Shown here piece after piece: positions 12,996 to 25,377 of a stretch of DNA of 64,000 nucleotides (within the stretch, counting starts at the first letter, position 1; each line of letters starts with the position of its first letter). The notes beneath the pieces are model-generated. The model saw nothing but the letters and a program-made list of their open reading frames with translations, was not told the DNA's origin and did no database searches. The translations under genes and the position numbers were made by a program. The stretch comes from Octopus sinensis (taxonomy: Eukaryota): assembly GCF_006345805.1 (NCBI RefSeq), contig NC_042999.1, forward strand, positions 92,814,001-92,878,000, written 5' to 3'.

Positions 12996-13969
12996 CAATA
13001 AGTTTTTGCATATCAATGGTACAAATATATATAAAAAGTGAGATTTAGGGGGGTGTAAAATTACAAGGTAAAGATTGGAGAAACATATTCAAACCATCAA
13101 GTATTCAAATGTTCACAGAAAGTTCAATGAATTTCACAGGGATAGGCAGGCATATCAGTGTAAATGCTGCGCGAAGATCATAACAAATGTACATCATTGA
13201 AAGTTCAGTCATATTTAGTTTTCATAAAATAAGTGGAGTAGAAAGAGTAAAAGGTGGAGAGAAAGAAAAAAGTATTTCTTTTTACAATTTCTGTCGGGGT
13301 GCGGGCAGTTCTTTTTTTCAATTTCGCTCTCAATGCACTGGTCTCTTCACCGTTTAGGACTTGTTGAAAGTGGAAAATACTTTGCGTTCAATCTTTTGAT
13401 ATTTCTTTTATTCTTTTACATGTTTCTGTCATCTGACTGTTGCCATGCGGGAGCACCTTCTGATATATTTTTTTTGCGGAAAAAATTCTAATTTTTGACT
13501 GGTTATAATTTTGATGATGTCTTATTCTTTTGTCGCGGACGTTTTGGTCAAAACATAGTTTTGTTTTGGCAAAGTTTAGTGTTTTGATTGGTTGGCTTGC
13601 TGGTAACAACCACGGTCAAGAGACAAGTACTAAATTTTTGTAGGTTTCGTGTCACTTTATTTTGATCAAAAATATTTTCCGTTTTGGACAAAATAAGTTT
13701 GTTTTCGTAAAGTTCAGCATTCTGCTTAGTTGAGTTTCGTGTAGGGACTCGGTAATACACTTTCGCTTGATGGTCATGCACCGTTCCAGTTGGTTGGTTC
13801 CCTTAAGAAGTAACTGTTTTTTTTTGTGAGGGTCCGGTTCAGAAAAAAGAGAAATTATATCTGCTGTCTTTGTTCGTTTTACGTGGAACAACCAGGTTTT
13901 AAATGCGGTTTGTCTTTTTTAATGAGCATGCTTTCCATATGCAATCAGAATTGGGTTGAAGTGTTTCCG

Positions 13970-14020
<51 letters not shown>

Positions 14021-14200
14021 TCTGATATTTCAGATTTATGTCTGCGGGACATTGATCTAAGTGAGCGTTTACGGGAATTTTCCTGGTCGTTGTGTCCCGG
14101 ATCTGTTCCCTGCATACCGTCAAGGTAAAGCCCGTTTGACCTATGTAGTCACCCACCACACCCTCCACATTTGAGGACATAAATTAAATTATTCGATGCG
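12929..14200 (-). mobile_element. Penelope-like element 3' part (GIY-YIG remnant plus long 3' region), degenerate
   Basis: DYIGQTGFTLTVCREQIRDTTTRKIPVNAHLDQC. Homologous to 15590-16745 in opposite orientation. Confidence 0.8.
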
Positions 14201-14488
14201 CAAGTGAAATTACTTTTTATGGTAAATATTTGATCTGACTTTAAATTATATGACAGAAAGTAGTGAAATTATCGAATGTAAATGTTTTGAAACCTCATTA
14301 ATGCATAAATCAGAAAATAACCGGAATTCTGAAACAAGAAAAACACAGCATCATATGTAAACTGCTTTCTGATATCAAGAAAGCTTTACTCCAAATATGG
14401 GCCAAAAATGATAAAAGCGCAAATTGGCTTTCTGGAACACGATCAAAAACACCAACAAAGCTGAGAAATACGAGAGATAGCTCAACTT

Positions 14489-14722
14489 AAGGCGGCAAGC
14501 TGGCAGAATCGTTAGTACGCCGGGCGAAATGCTTAGCGATATTTCGTCTGCCGTTACGTTCTGAGTTCAAATTCCGCCGAGTTCGACTTTGCCTTTCTTC
14601 CTTTCGGGGTCGATTAAATAAGTACCAGTTACGCACTGGGGTCGATATAACCGACTTAATCTTTTTGTCTGTCCTTGTTTGTCCCCTCTCTGTGTAGCCC
14701 TTTGTGGGCAGTAAAAATATAA
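14489..14722 (+). mobile_element. SINE family B, near full length (tRNA-like head, Nin-like central domain inferred)
   Basis: A-box-like agctggcagaatcgttag, B-box-like gagttcaaattcc, core gcctttc...ggggtcgat...gtaccagt and an A-rich tail. Confidence 0.85.
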
Positions 14723-14749
14723 GATAGCTGAGTTAACTTCCTATATGTC

Positions 14750-15746
14750 ATGGCATACTTGGAAGTCCAAATATACGAACACGCTAGACTGAAAGTTGAA
14801 GACAACTTCCAAGAATACTTACTCGATAACTAGAAACGCTACCCGAACAATTGTTTCATTCTGTGGTCACATATCCTTGAGCAACCCTCAGAATTTAAAA
14901 ACTTAGCAACATTAACCACGGTATCCAATTTACAATGGAATACGGTCACAAACAGCTACCCTTTCTGGACATTTTAATCTTTAAAAGAAATATTAACATT
15001 GAAATTGACATTTACTTTAAACTAACGGACTCAAAACAATATCTCCTCTTCTCTTTCTTCCACCTAAAGAATATTAAAGTCAATGTATCTTTCAACTTGA
15101 CAAAAAGAATTTGCACGATTACATCAAATCCCGAAACCCGAGATAAACAACTCCAAGAGTTTTAAAATATATTACTAGAAAGAAAATGCCCGGTTAGGAC
15201 TTGCAAAAATGACAGACATCCAACAAGTACAAGAATCAAGAATTCTCCATAACACACTTAAAACTTTATCTTATGTATCAACACACAATCAAAGGAACAT
15301 GGAAGCAAGCAACATAATCTGCCAAAATATACTCCTGCTTCTGAACGACCTGCAACTGAAAAAAACACTTGAAGCACATAAAATTATTACGAGTAAAAGA
15401 TAACCCAAATACCTAAAAATATACCAGCGCCATATTACCCCCCCAAAATACAACCCCACGAGTCAAAAAGTGCAACCGCCCTTCCTGCAGGACTCGTATT
15501 TCCCTTTAGGTTCAATATATAAATTCAAGTCAAATCAAATATTCACCATAAAAAGTAGCTTCACCCGTGCATCGAAGAATTTAATTTATGCCGTCAGATG
15601 TGGAAGGTGACTACATAGGTCTAACTAGCTTCACCTTGAGGGACAGACCGACGGTACGAAGGGTAGAGATTCGAGACACAATAACCAGGAAAATTCCTAT
15701 AAACAATCACTTAGATCAATGCTCTGCAGACATAAATCCGAAATAT

Positions 15747-15818
<72 letters not shown>

Positions 15819-16745
15819 GCACCCGGATCACTTCAACTCAATTCTGATTGCATATGGAAAGCACACTCATTAAAAATGACAAACCACAACTAAATATCCT
15901 ATAATAACACACTAGAAAGTGAAAATACAATTTTTCCACAAAAATTTACCACAGACACGAAATACAATTCGAGAATTTAAAGTAACCAAACTCCAAATTA
16001 CTACACAATAACACCAAATACCTTCTCAAAACAGCAGTTGCTAACGTCAACTGTAACAAAGCCAATGAAATTTCCCTCTAGTGAGAAACGGATCCTGAGG
16101 AAAAAAACAACAAAAACTCACAGTTACTTCTTAAGGGAAACAATCAACGGGAACAGTGGATGACACTCAGGCAAAAACAAATTATAGCGTCACTACAAGG
16201 AATTCAACTAAGCAGAACTATACGAAAACAAAACTATTTTGTCCAAATCAGAAAATATTTTTGATCAAAATAAAGTTACATCACAAAATCTGCAATCAAT
16301 CATGACTTGTCTCTTAACCATGGTCGTCACCTGCAAGTTAATCAAAGCAGTAAATTTTGCCAAAACGAAAATAAGTTTTGACCAAAACGTCCACAACAAA
16401 AGAATAAGACGTCATCAAAATTATAACCTATCAAAAATTAGATCCTTTTCCGTAAACACATACATAAACTAAAAGATTGAAACACAAATATTTTCCAATT
16501 CCAATAAGCTGTGACCAGTGAACTGAGAGTGAAACTGAAATAAATTACTACACGCACCACGACAACAATTGTAAAAAGAAAATCACTTTTTCTTTCTCTC
16601 CACCTCGTCCAATTTTTACTTTGTAAATTCTAACTCACCTAAACCTCCCACTTTTATATATATTTGTACCATTGATAAGGAAAATTTGTCGAAACTAGTT
16701 TGCTATGTGAATAAATCTATTTACAAACGACTACACGTATTTCAG
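14750..16745 (+). mobile_element. Degenerate Penelope-like element: RT C-terminus/thumb, GIY-YIG and 3' region
   Basis: LPFLDILIFK...IEIDIYFKLTDSKQYLLF...NLTKRICTI (PLE RT thumb) and GDYIGLTSFTLRDR...RKIPINNHLDQC (endonuclease). Confidence 0.85.
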
Positions 16746-16778
16746 ATTCAAGTGCATTTTCACAACCCAAAACAGATT

Positions 16779-16841
<63 letters not shown>

Positions 16842-16861
16842 TATATATTATATATATATAT

Positions 16862-17190
16862 ATGTCTTCTATCCATTCTCTTGTCAAAGAAAATATTTCT
16901 CCATCGTTCTGTTTCCTTGTATGTCCCCACTGTCATGTTTTTGATCCCAACTTTGACCCTCCATAAATCCCAAATGTTATTTTAGCACTTATGGGAGAAA
17001 CTGTATTCGAAGAGTCATATTGTCGTTCAGTTCTCGAAGTGAAAGTAGATAGACAGCCGACAACTGATGAAGGGTCATTCTTAATGTTACTTGTCCTGTT
17101 TTCCAGTTGTTTCTCTCGTTCTTTGCGTATTGAACTCTTTTGTTTTCATATTTCATGTTATTTACTGTTGGTGACGTCCTGTACACATTA
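16862..17190 (+). mobile_element. Interspersed repeat between (TA)n tracts, related to 30290-30500
   Basis: Shared architecture ttcgaag...tagat...ctga(t/a)gaaggg...ttgtcctg...gtcctgtacaca. Confidence 0.55.
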
Positions 17191-17196
17191 TGCACG

Positions 17197-17261
<65 letters not shown>

Positions 17262-17284
17262 ATATATATTATATATATATATAT

Positions 17285-17897
17285 ATCATATAATTAAGGG
17301 CTAAAGAGGGTTATTCTAAAGCCATACACTGATTTATCCACTTATAATCCGCTTGCTACAGGATAATTGAAACTGAAAACGGGCAACTAACCTTTAGAAA
17401 ATTTAAATTCCGTTATCTCTATATTGAATCAATTTCGGAATTAATCTTATAAAAAGATATATTCTTTCTTCAGTAGAGCTTTCGATGGGATATAAATAAA
17501 ATACTCACGTATGATCATGGAAAAAGCACAAGCTAAAACATAACTACACTTGAGTACATCACTTATATCTAAAAATAAAAATTTATTTATATCCCATCGA
17601 AAGCTCTACTGAAGAAAGAATATATCTTTTTATAAGATTATTTCCGAAATTGATTCAATATAGAGATAACGAAATTTAAATTTTCTAAAGGTTAGTTGCC
17701 CGTTTTCAGTTTCAATTCTCCTGTAGCAAGCGGATTATAAGTGGATAAATCAGTGTAATGGCTTTAGAATAACCCTCTTTAGCCCTTAATTATATGATGT
17801 TTATACTTCAACCGTAACGGTTTTTTTAAATATACTGCCCACGCTTCCTGATGGATTCTTTTTCTGTAGAGAAAGGGACTTCATCCTATATTGCTAG
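17285..17897 (+). mobile_element. PLE 3' end with an inverted 5' copy (arms 17285-17500 and 17582-17798)
   Basis: The right arm reads YPIESSTEERIYLFIRLFPKL, similar to the GIY-YIG C-terminus at 31190-31270. Flanked by (TA)n. Confidence 0.7.
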
Positions 17898-17954
17898 TAT
17901 ATATATATATATAAAAATTGTATAATATAGCAGCATTTTCGAACTTCATTTTTT

Positions 17955-18007
<53 letters not shown>

Positions 18008-18096
18008 AACATAATAATTAGTGGTTTGAGTTTTCTACTGCTCTTTCTAGCACAAGGCTTTCCTATTGGAAGCCTCTTAATGTGTTCTAATGTACA

Positions 18097-18151
<55 letters not shown>

Positions 18152-18189
18152 GTGTGTGTGTGTGTGTGTTTGTGTGTGTGTTTACATTC

Positions 18190-18588
18190 TTTTCAGTTTT
18201 TACTTGTTTCAGTCAATTGGCTGCGGTCATGCTGAAGCACCGCTTTTAGTCGAAGAAATCATTTCCAAGACTTATTCTTTGTAAGCTTAGTACTTGTTCT
18301 AGCGGTCTCTTTTGCCGAACATTTACTTACGGGGACGTAAACACACCAACGTCGGCTGTCAAACAATGATATGTGGAAAAACACACACATATAAATACAC
18401 ACACATACATATATATATGTATATTTATACGAGGGGCTTCTTTCAGTTTCCGCCTAACAAATTCAGTCACACAGCTTTGCTTGGCCTGAGGCTATAGTGG
18501 AAGACAATTTCCCAAGGTGCCACGCAGTGGGACTATACCCAGAACCATGTGGTTGGAAAATAAGCTTTTTACATCACAGCCACTACGC
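18190..18588 (-). mobile_element. SINE family A, full length
   Basis: Reverse complement of the 21164-21570 consensus. Confidence 0.85.
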
Positions 18589-20753
18589 TATTATCAAAGT
18601 CTCCGCATTTCTCTTAGTTATCAATGAGCCATTCTAAACCTACTCTCTGAAACTGAAACATGTTTAAAAGCAAGAGCAAAAGCTTCACTGGCCGGAATGT
18701 TTCTCTTTAATGTGCATGATTCATTTATGCTGTCAGTGTTCTTTCTAAAGATATGATTATCATGAATCAAATCCACTTGCACTACCATACATATTTACAG
18801 AAATACCGCTATTTTCTTGTTTACAAATTGTTAAACAAAACACACGGATATTTAAAGTCTCAGGTTTCTCGCATGCAAGATGAAATTTAAAACTTTTTTT
18901 CGTTTCGTTTATTTTCCAAGAACTATAATACAATGAACAAAAATAAAGAAAAGAAGAAAAAAAAAAGACATGCCTGTATGTTCACTTGATGAATATTTCA
19001 GCGGTGAGATGATTCTATTTTCAGAAAACATTGACTATTGCCTTAAAAAATATTTCTTCAGTTTTCTGTTTCCGAGTTATTATCTTTTTTTATGCTTGCT
19101 TTTTTATTTTTTTAATCGTATGTTATCTTTGCTTTCTTCTATGTATTTTATGACATTTACTTCAAGTAAACTGTATTTAATTATCACCACTGTCTGCTGT
19201 AAAATATTTTCGCATTCTAAAGCAAGCATTTGATAATTATTTATCTAATGAGAAACACAAATTATTATGCAGCAGCGACAAGCTAGCGTCTATAGATGTG
19301 ACTAAGAACTTCCTGAATGAAAATGTATGAGTGCAAGAGAGAACTATGCTAAGTGAAAGACATATAAAATAGAAGAGTGAGTTAGAAGAGTTGTTAAGGC
19401 TAGCTGTGCTATTCTTATGTAAAAAACAAAAAGAAAAAAAATTTGGTTAAACAAACGTGCGTAATTATTTATAGCAACACACCTTCGACAATATTAGGTA
19501 CAATTGATATGACGTGCCCTTATGTTTGTAGTATGCGTCTTCAAAAAATCTACCTTAGATTCAGTAGTGTTTTCAGAATAATTTCAGACACGATAGAGGA
19601 ACTGCTTATATATTCGATACAATGAAGAAGCTTCTTTGTCATCATTGAACTTAAGAGTAACAAACCTCAGCTAAAACTATTGAGGTGGTCATGGAAGGGG
19701 TGTATATACGTTGTTGGCTTCTTGAAGGGACACGTTGACTTTCGAGGTGTTTGAACTAATTGGTTAAAAATGCAGGTACATGCAAAGACCTAATATAATG
19801 GTTTCTGTTTTTTTTTTCCCTATTCATAATGCTACTACAATTTTTGGACATATAAACTGCATCGGAAAGTTTCAAATTCCTTTGTTTCAATTTCTTGTTG
19901 TTTTTTTAAGTACTAGACTCACTTTCAAAGCCCAAAGTCATTAAATGATCGAAATATTTTATGATCAAAACGTTGTACCTTATTTTTGGACAGGGCATCA
20001 AAGGCTAGCTCATGTGCCCTTCCTTTTTGGTTGGTAAAAATAACATTTTAATGTCATTAGCTCACTTATTTCTAATTATCTGAGACGCATTCATGGAAAA
20101 TACTTAAATTTAGCTATTTGCAGAATTACGACACACACTTTTAACTACTGTAAAAAAATCATTTGTACATGTTCAAAAAATCGTCTTCAATGTGCGATTG
20201 CATCATAGGAATAGATAGATAGACAGATGAATAGCAGACAGATAAACAGGTAGATAGGTGGAGATACATGGTTCAGTTTTGCACAACTACAAGTTATTTA
20301 TGCTGACAAAGGTGAATGAGTAGGTAATTCACTAATATTTGTCAATGAATGCGATCTGATGATAGACTCTGATGCTATTGTCAGTTACATTACAGACATC
20401 CAAATTATCAGCAAACTATCAAATCACTCCATCTTGCCTATATATTTATACCTTGCTTCTTTTATCAGTGCGTGATTTCTGTCACTACCTTACTATGTCT
20501 AACTGTGTATTTTCTCAGTTTTTTATCTCTCATCTGTACAACTTCTGACACAGTGATACGCAAACTGAGAAAGACAAATAGGGTCGGATATATGTATGTA
20601 TATGTATACACACATACATACACATGCACGCATACACGAGGACATGTATAGTCGAAAATGAGTCCTATTTATTAATATTGACATATAAATACCAACACAA
20701 TTATGTGTATGCATGTGTGTATATATGGTATATATATATATATATAATATATA

Positions 20754-20808
<55 letters not shown>

Positions 20809-21163
20809 GTATGTGTGCGTGTGTATGTATATATATATGAATGTATGTATGCATGTCAGAATATCCTTCCTTGTACGTTGTTTATAAAAAGTATGATAAA
20901 ATGTTCTCAACATGTAGGATAGATTTTAATTACTTGTATATTTATTACAGTGTCAGAATATTTTTTCCCCTTTTTGCATAGATTTTCTCAGGAATCTTGG
21001 ATAACTGTGAAGCCTCTTTATAAAACCAAACACAGTTTCACTTGTATTTTTACTTATTTGTACTTATTCCTTCGGTTAAAACAGGAGTTCTCAACAAGTG
21101 TCCATATGGCCCTTGGAAGTCCATATAAGATTTTCTTGTTAAAATATATACGCAATAAATTGA

Positions 21164-21570
21164 GGCGCAGGAGTGGATGTGTGGTAAGTAGCTTGTTTAC
21201 CAACCACATGGTTCTGGGTTCAGTCCCACTGCGTGGCACCTTGGGCGAGTGTCTTCTACTATAGCCTCGGGCAGACCAAAGCCTTGTGAGTGGATTTGGT
21301 AGACGGAAACTGAAAGAAGCCCGTCGTATATATGTATATATATATATGCGTGTGTGTGTTTGTGTGTCTGTGTTTGTCCCCCTAGCATTGCTTGACAACC
21401 GATGCTGGCGTGCTTATGTCCCCATTACTTAGTGGTTCGGCAAAAAGAGACCGATATAATAAGTACTGGGCTTACAAAAAGAATAAGTCCCGGGGTCGAG
21501 TTGCTCGATTAAAGGCGGTGCTCCAGCATGGCCGCAGTCAAATGACTGAAACAAGTAAAAGAGCAAAAGA
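21164..21570 (+). mobile_element. SINE family A, full length (tRNA-derived head, internal TA/TG tract)
   Basis: ggcgcaggagtggatgtgtggtaag...gggttcagtccc (A/B boxes) through ...gactgaaacaagtaaaagag. Confidence 0.9.
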
Positions 21571-21618
21571 GCAAAGAGCATACATCTACATATTAGTTTT
21601 TGTTTTTATACAATTTAT

Positions 21619-21840
21619 AACAAAAGCACGCAGAGAGCGCAAACCTCCGTCAAGACAACACCAAGGTCTTCTCAACGATTAGCCGGAATTGATTTTTAGA
21701 ATGAGAATATTTGAAAGAAACTCGATTGCTCTCACAAACGAGAATACTAAAAATGAACCTGACCGCTCTCAAAAATTAATTAAAAAAAAAAGAAAAAGCG
21801 GAAAAATAATCCAGAATTGTCCGGTACCTGATCGATCCCA
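21619..21840 (-). mobile_element. Helentron/HINE-like non-autonomous element, 3' half
   Basis: Reverse complement aligns with 22950-23172. Confidence 0.6.
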
Positions 21841-22479
21841 ATGGTAGTCATGGAATGTGAAGTTGGGTGTACGGGCTATGTTTGTAATACTGTGTGTGTG
21901 ACGTCTGCAGTGGCAAGAGAGAGAGTTTTCTCTATGATGGCCTTTTTTAGTCTATACACTGATATAGTGTTTTTTCGACCATTAAGATCTATAGCGAAAA
22001 ATTTGTCCGTGCGTAAAAGAAACAGAAAGGACCTGCATATGGTTCTGTTAAAAGAGGTTTAAAAACATGGTTACGCACACAAACGTGAGTCCAAGCAGTA
22101 ATGCTTCCTTCAAGGCCAAGCTAGAAATGCAATTGTTAAGTAGGTAAGAGGTTTTAAACAGGAGCGATATGTTCAAAATTGCTGAAACTAAACATTGCCG
22201 AGGATAAATAAAATTTATTATTGTTACTGAATATGTTAGTCTGTTTAATTTCTTAACAGTTTCGCTGACGTTTATTTATGTAGTTTGATTTCTTTATCCA
22301 TTAGTTTCTACTAAGAGACGCGAGTATAATTAATAATAGAAGACAAAAAAAAACTTTGGAAACAGCAACGCCGTCATAGCTTACGCGAAAACCATGAGCG
22401 TGCTTTCAAGGGAAATAATCAGAGTAAGACTTGAAAGTCTGTAAGATCGTAATACTTCATGTAGAATAAAGTAAGTATA

Positions 22480-22665
22480 ACAAATAATCTAAAATCCTTG
22501 TTCGGGACTGGATCGATCCTAAAATCTAATCAGTTCATGCCTGTCATGTGGCCAAACATCCCCGAAAGTTTCATCCGAATCCATCTAGCAGTTCTTGAGA
22601 TATCCTGTACACGGACAAACAAACACGACTGTAAGCAATACCTCCGCCTTAGCGATGGCGGAGAA
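22480..22665 (-). mobile_element. Helentron/HINE-like element, 5' half
   Basis: Reverse complement aligns with 22823-22990 and includes the acctccgcc...ggcggag hairpin. Confidence 0.6.
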
Positions 22666-22822
22666 AAGAATGTGTGATTATAAAAATACACTAGGATGTC
22701 TTTTTATACGCATCGAATGGCCATGGCTGTCTAGCAGAGTAAAATATGATTCGAAGCGATTTGGCGAACAATGGTTGGTTCCACTGGTTAAAACGAACGC
22801 TTATTTTAGAATGTACTTCTAG

Positions 22823-23172
22823 TTACCTCCGCCTTGGCTAAGGCAGAGGTATTGGTTCCAGTGGTGCTTGTTTGTTTGTCCGTGGACAAGATATCTCAAG
22901 AACCGCTGGATGGATTCGGATGAAATTTCAGGGAACGAACTGATTAGATTGTGGGATCGATCCGGTAGGGGATAATGATTTTGGATTATTTTTCCTGATT
23001 TTTTTTTTACTTAATTTTAGAGAGCGGTGGGGTTCATTTTTAGCATTCTCATTTGTGAGACCAGTCAACTTTATTTCAGATATTCACAGTTTAAAAATGA
23101 TCTCTGGCTAATCGTTGAGAGGATGTTGGTGTTGCCTTAGCGGAGGGTTGCGCTCTCTGAGCGCTCTTGTTT
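22823..23172 (+). mobile_element. Helentron/HINE-like non-autonomous element, complete
   Basis: Starts ttacctccgcc-ttggctaa-ggcagaggt (5' hairpin) and ends gcggagggtt-gcgctc-tct-gagcgc-tcttgtt (subterminal repeat, 3' hairpin, T-run). Confidence 0.6.
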
Positions 23173-23566
23173 TATAATAATTCTCCTGTGAATAGATGTA
23201 ATTAACTAATATAAGATTTCTTGAAGTTAGTACTCTCAGTTGTGTCTGAATTTGCATTTATGAAATTCATGAATAATTGGTTGTGGTAAGAGCTTTGGAG
23301 TCCAATGATACAGATACTTCTGCAATGTACAAAAATGTTACACATGTGCGTAAATACATATATACATATGTATATGTATATATATATATACACACAAAAA
23401 TATATATATATATCCTTGCTTTTCTCTTTTTTTTTCTGTGTCCCTGTCTGTAGAAGAGCGTAGGCTCGAAACCTAAAAGACTTTTTCTATTCCTGAGCGT
23501 TATACTAATACATCTGTTTGTTTTGTACACTACCTGTCTTCGTGTTTTGTTTTTTTCGTATACTCT

Positions 23567-23688
<122 letters not shown>

Positions 23689-23795
23689 CTACCGGAGTAA
23701 ACACATAAATGTGAAACAAGGTGGAAAAAAGAGTACTCAAATACCAGTGCTAGAGTAATATGCTTTATTTTAAGCTGCAGAAAATTCAACAAAAT

Positions 23796-23833
23796 CTGTT
23801 ACTCTGAGTTTCTCGTTGCCGTTCATCAGACAG
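23796..23833 (-). ncRNA. Minimal hammerhead ribozyme
   Basis: CUGU-CUGAUGA-A-CG-GCAA-CG-A-GAAAC-UCAGA-GUA-ACAG. Confidence 0.6.
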
Positions 23834-23835
23834 TT

Positions 23836-23911
23836 TGTCTGATGAACGGCAACGAGAAACTCAGAGTAACAGATTTTGTTGATGAACGGCAACGAGAAAC
23901 TCAGAGTAACA
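23836..23911 (+). ncRNA. Two tandem minimal hammerhead motifs, the second with C3U
   Basis: UGU-CUGAUGA...GAAAC-UCAGA-GUA-ACA at 23836-23871, then UUGAUGA...GAAAC-UCAGA-GUA-ACA at 23879-23911. Confidence 0.55.
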
Positions 23912-23945
23912 GATTTTGTTGAATTTTCTGCTGCTTAAAATAAAG

Positions 23946-23976
<31 letters not shown>

Positions 23977-24073
23977 TCAATATAGGGTGGCAAAAAAATT
24001 TTGTAGAATTTTTTTGCCACCAGCGGCCTAGTGGGAAAAAATTAAATAGTCATAGACCATTTTTAAGTTCAAC

Positions 24074-24320
24074 ATCAACAATCAAGGAACGGCCATAATA
24101 GGCCATTCACCCACTAGAAATAACAGCCAAAGCTTCAACCGCAAATAAAAGTCAATTCCGTAAACAGGAGAAAATTTAAAAATTTAAAAAATTTAAAAAA
24201 TTACAGGGTAAATGTTTTTTAAATTTTCTCCTGTTTACGGAATTGACTTTTATTTGCGGTTGAAGCTTTGGCTGTTATTTCTAGTGGGTGAATGGCCTAT
24301 TATGGCCGTTCCTTGATTGT

Positions 24321-24324
<4 letters not shown>
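24074..24324. repeat. Inverted repeat (~108-bp arms, short spacer) between (TA)n tracts
   Basis: atcaacaatcaagg...ggagaaaatttaaaaa mirrored at 24216-24324. Confidence 0.9.
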
Positions 24325-24357
<33 letters not shown>

Positions 24358-24779
24358 AATCGATCTCCATACATATATGTGTATACGAACATGTGTGTAC
24401 ATACATACATGTCAGGTCATTTATGAGGCTCTCATAAGTGCTATTGGTAACATGGAATCCCTTACAACCTGTGGCATGGTCGGGTTTTCAGCGACTAAAC
24501 CGGCAGCACCACCAGGCTACCCTGGTGAGGAGGATTGCTAGAAACCCACCAGGATTACTTACATACACACACAGGCCCATATATATGTATATATATATAT
24601 ATAATAAATATTAGGGAATAAATCCAAATTTACAGGGAAAAAAATCAGATTTAGGATTAAATCCAATTTTATAGTAAAATATTATATAATATTAATTAGA
24701 GACAAAACCACTATTTTGCAAAACAAACAAGGAAAGACTTAATCATTACATAAAATTTTAATAAAAAGTAAAAAAACCG

Positions 24780-24822
24780 CCACTACAATTGTTTCTTGTC
24801 CTGATCGACAATCTTCAGGTGG
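24780..24822 (-). ncRNA. Minimal type I hammerhead ribozyme with consensus core
   Basis: CCAC-CUGAAGA-UUGUC-GAUCAG-GACAA-GAAAC-AAUU-GUA-GUGG, with palindromic stem III ACAAUUGU. Confidence 0.8.
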
Positions 24823-24882
24823 ATTTCCAATAAGTCAGTTTCAAATTATGAAGTCATAATTTGATACTGACTTATTGGAAAT

Positions 24883-24925
24883 CCACCTGAAGATTGTCGA
24901 TCAGGACAAGAAGCAATTGTAGTGG
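24883..24925 (+). ncRNA. Mirror hammerhead copy with A15.1 to G (GAAGC), probably impaired
   Basis: ccac-ctgaaga-ttgtc-gatcag-gacaa-gaagc-aatt-gta-gtgg. Confidence 0.65.
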
Positions 24926-25377
24926 CGGTTTTTTTACTTTTTATTAAAATTTTATGTATTGATTAAGTCTTTCCTTGTTTGTTTTGCAAAATAGTGGTTT
25001 TGTCTCTAATTAATATTATATATATATAATATATATATATATATTTATTTATATATACATGTATGTGTGCGTGTATGTGTGTATGTGTGTGTGTAGGTAT
25101 ATGTATTGTTCAAAATAGTGTGATTCGGTTTCTGTGCTGCTTAAAGATTTCAAGTTCCTAACGAGGGTTTTCCTTAGATCGGTGAAATTTTTAATCAATA
25201 TAAAGTTCAAGATGGCTACCGGTAGATGGGCTGTAATTGATCAAGAAAGGACACGTGATGTCACGATATTAGGAAGCGACATCAGATATATGACAAAAAA
25301 GGCCGCGTGTTTGGACAGAAAATTGGCGGCACCAGTGCGTCTGGGTCTATGGCTAAGAGAAAATGTAAGCATATGAA

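Larger units (their letters stand above)
23758..23950. repeat. PLE-type fold-back palindrome with an internal 40-bp tandem duplication
   Basis: Centre tcagaca-gtt-tgtctga near 23834. 23841-23880 is repeated at 23881-23920. Confidence 0.9.
24685..25020. repeat. Near-perfect ~336-bp palindrome (PLE-type fold-back)
   Basis: Centre ttatga-ag-tcataa at 24852/24853. Confidence 0.95.

Noticed and set aside
21164-21240. tRNA genes at SINE heads
   Set aside because: A/B-box-like motifs run into SINE bodies and no complete cloverleaf is seen.
21525-21562. Hammerhead in the SINE A tail (agtc-aaat-gact-GAAAC-AA-GUA)
   Set aside because: No CUGANGA or UUGANAA core upstream and no stem I.
21828-21851. 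Apparent first exon MTTIGIDQ|gtaccg on the minus strand
   Set aside because: The donor and downstream sequence align with the HINE-like repeat at 22950-23172.
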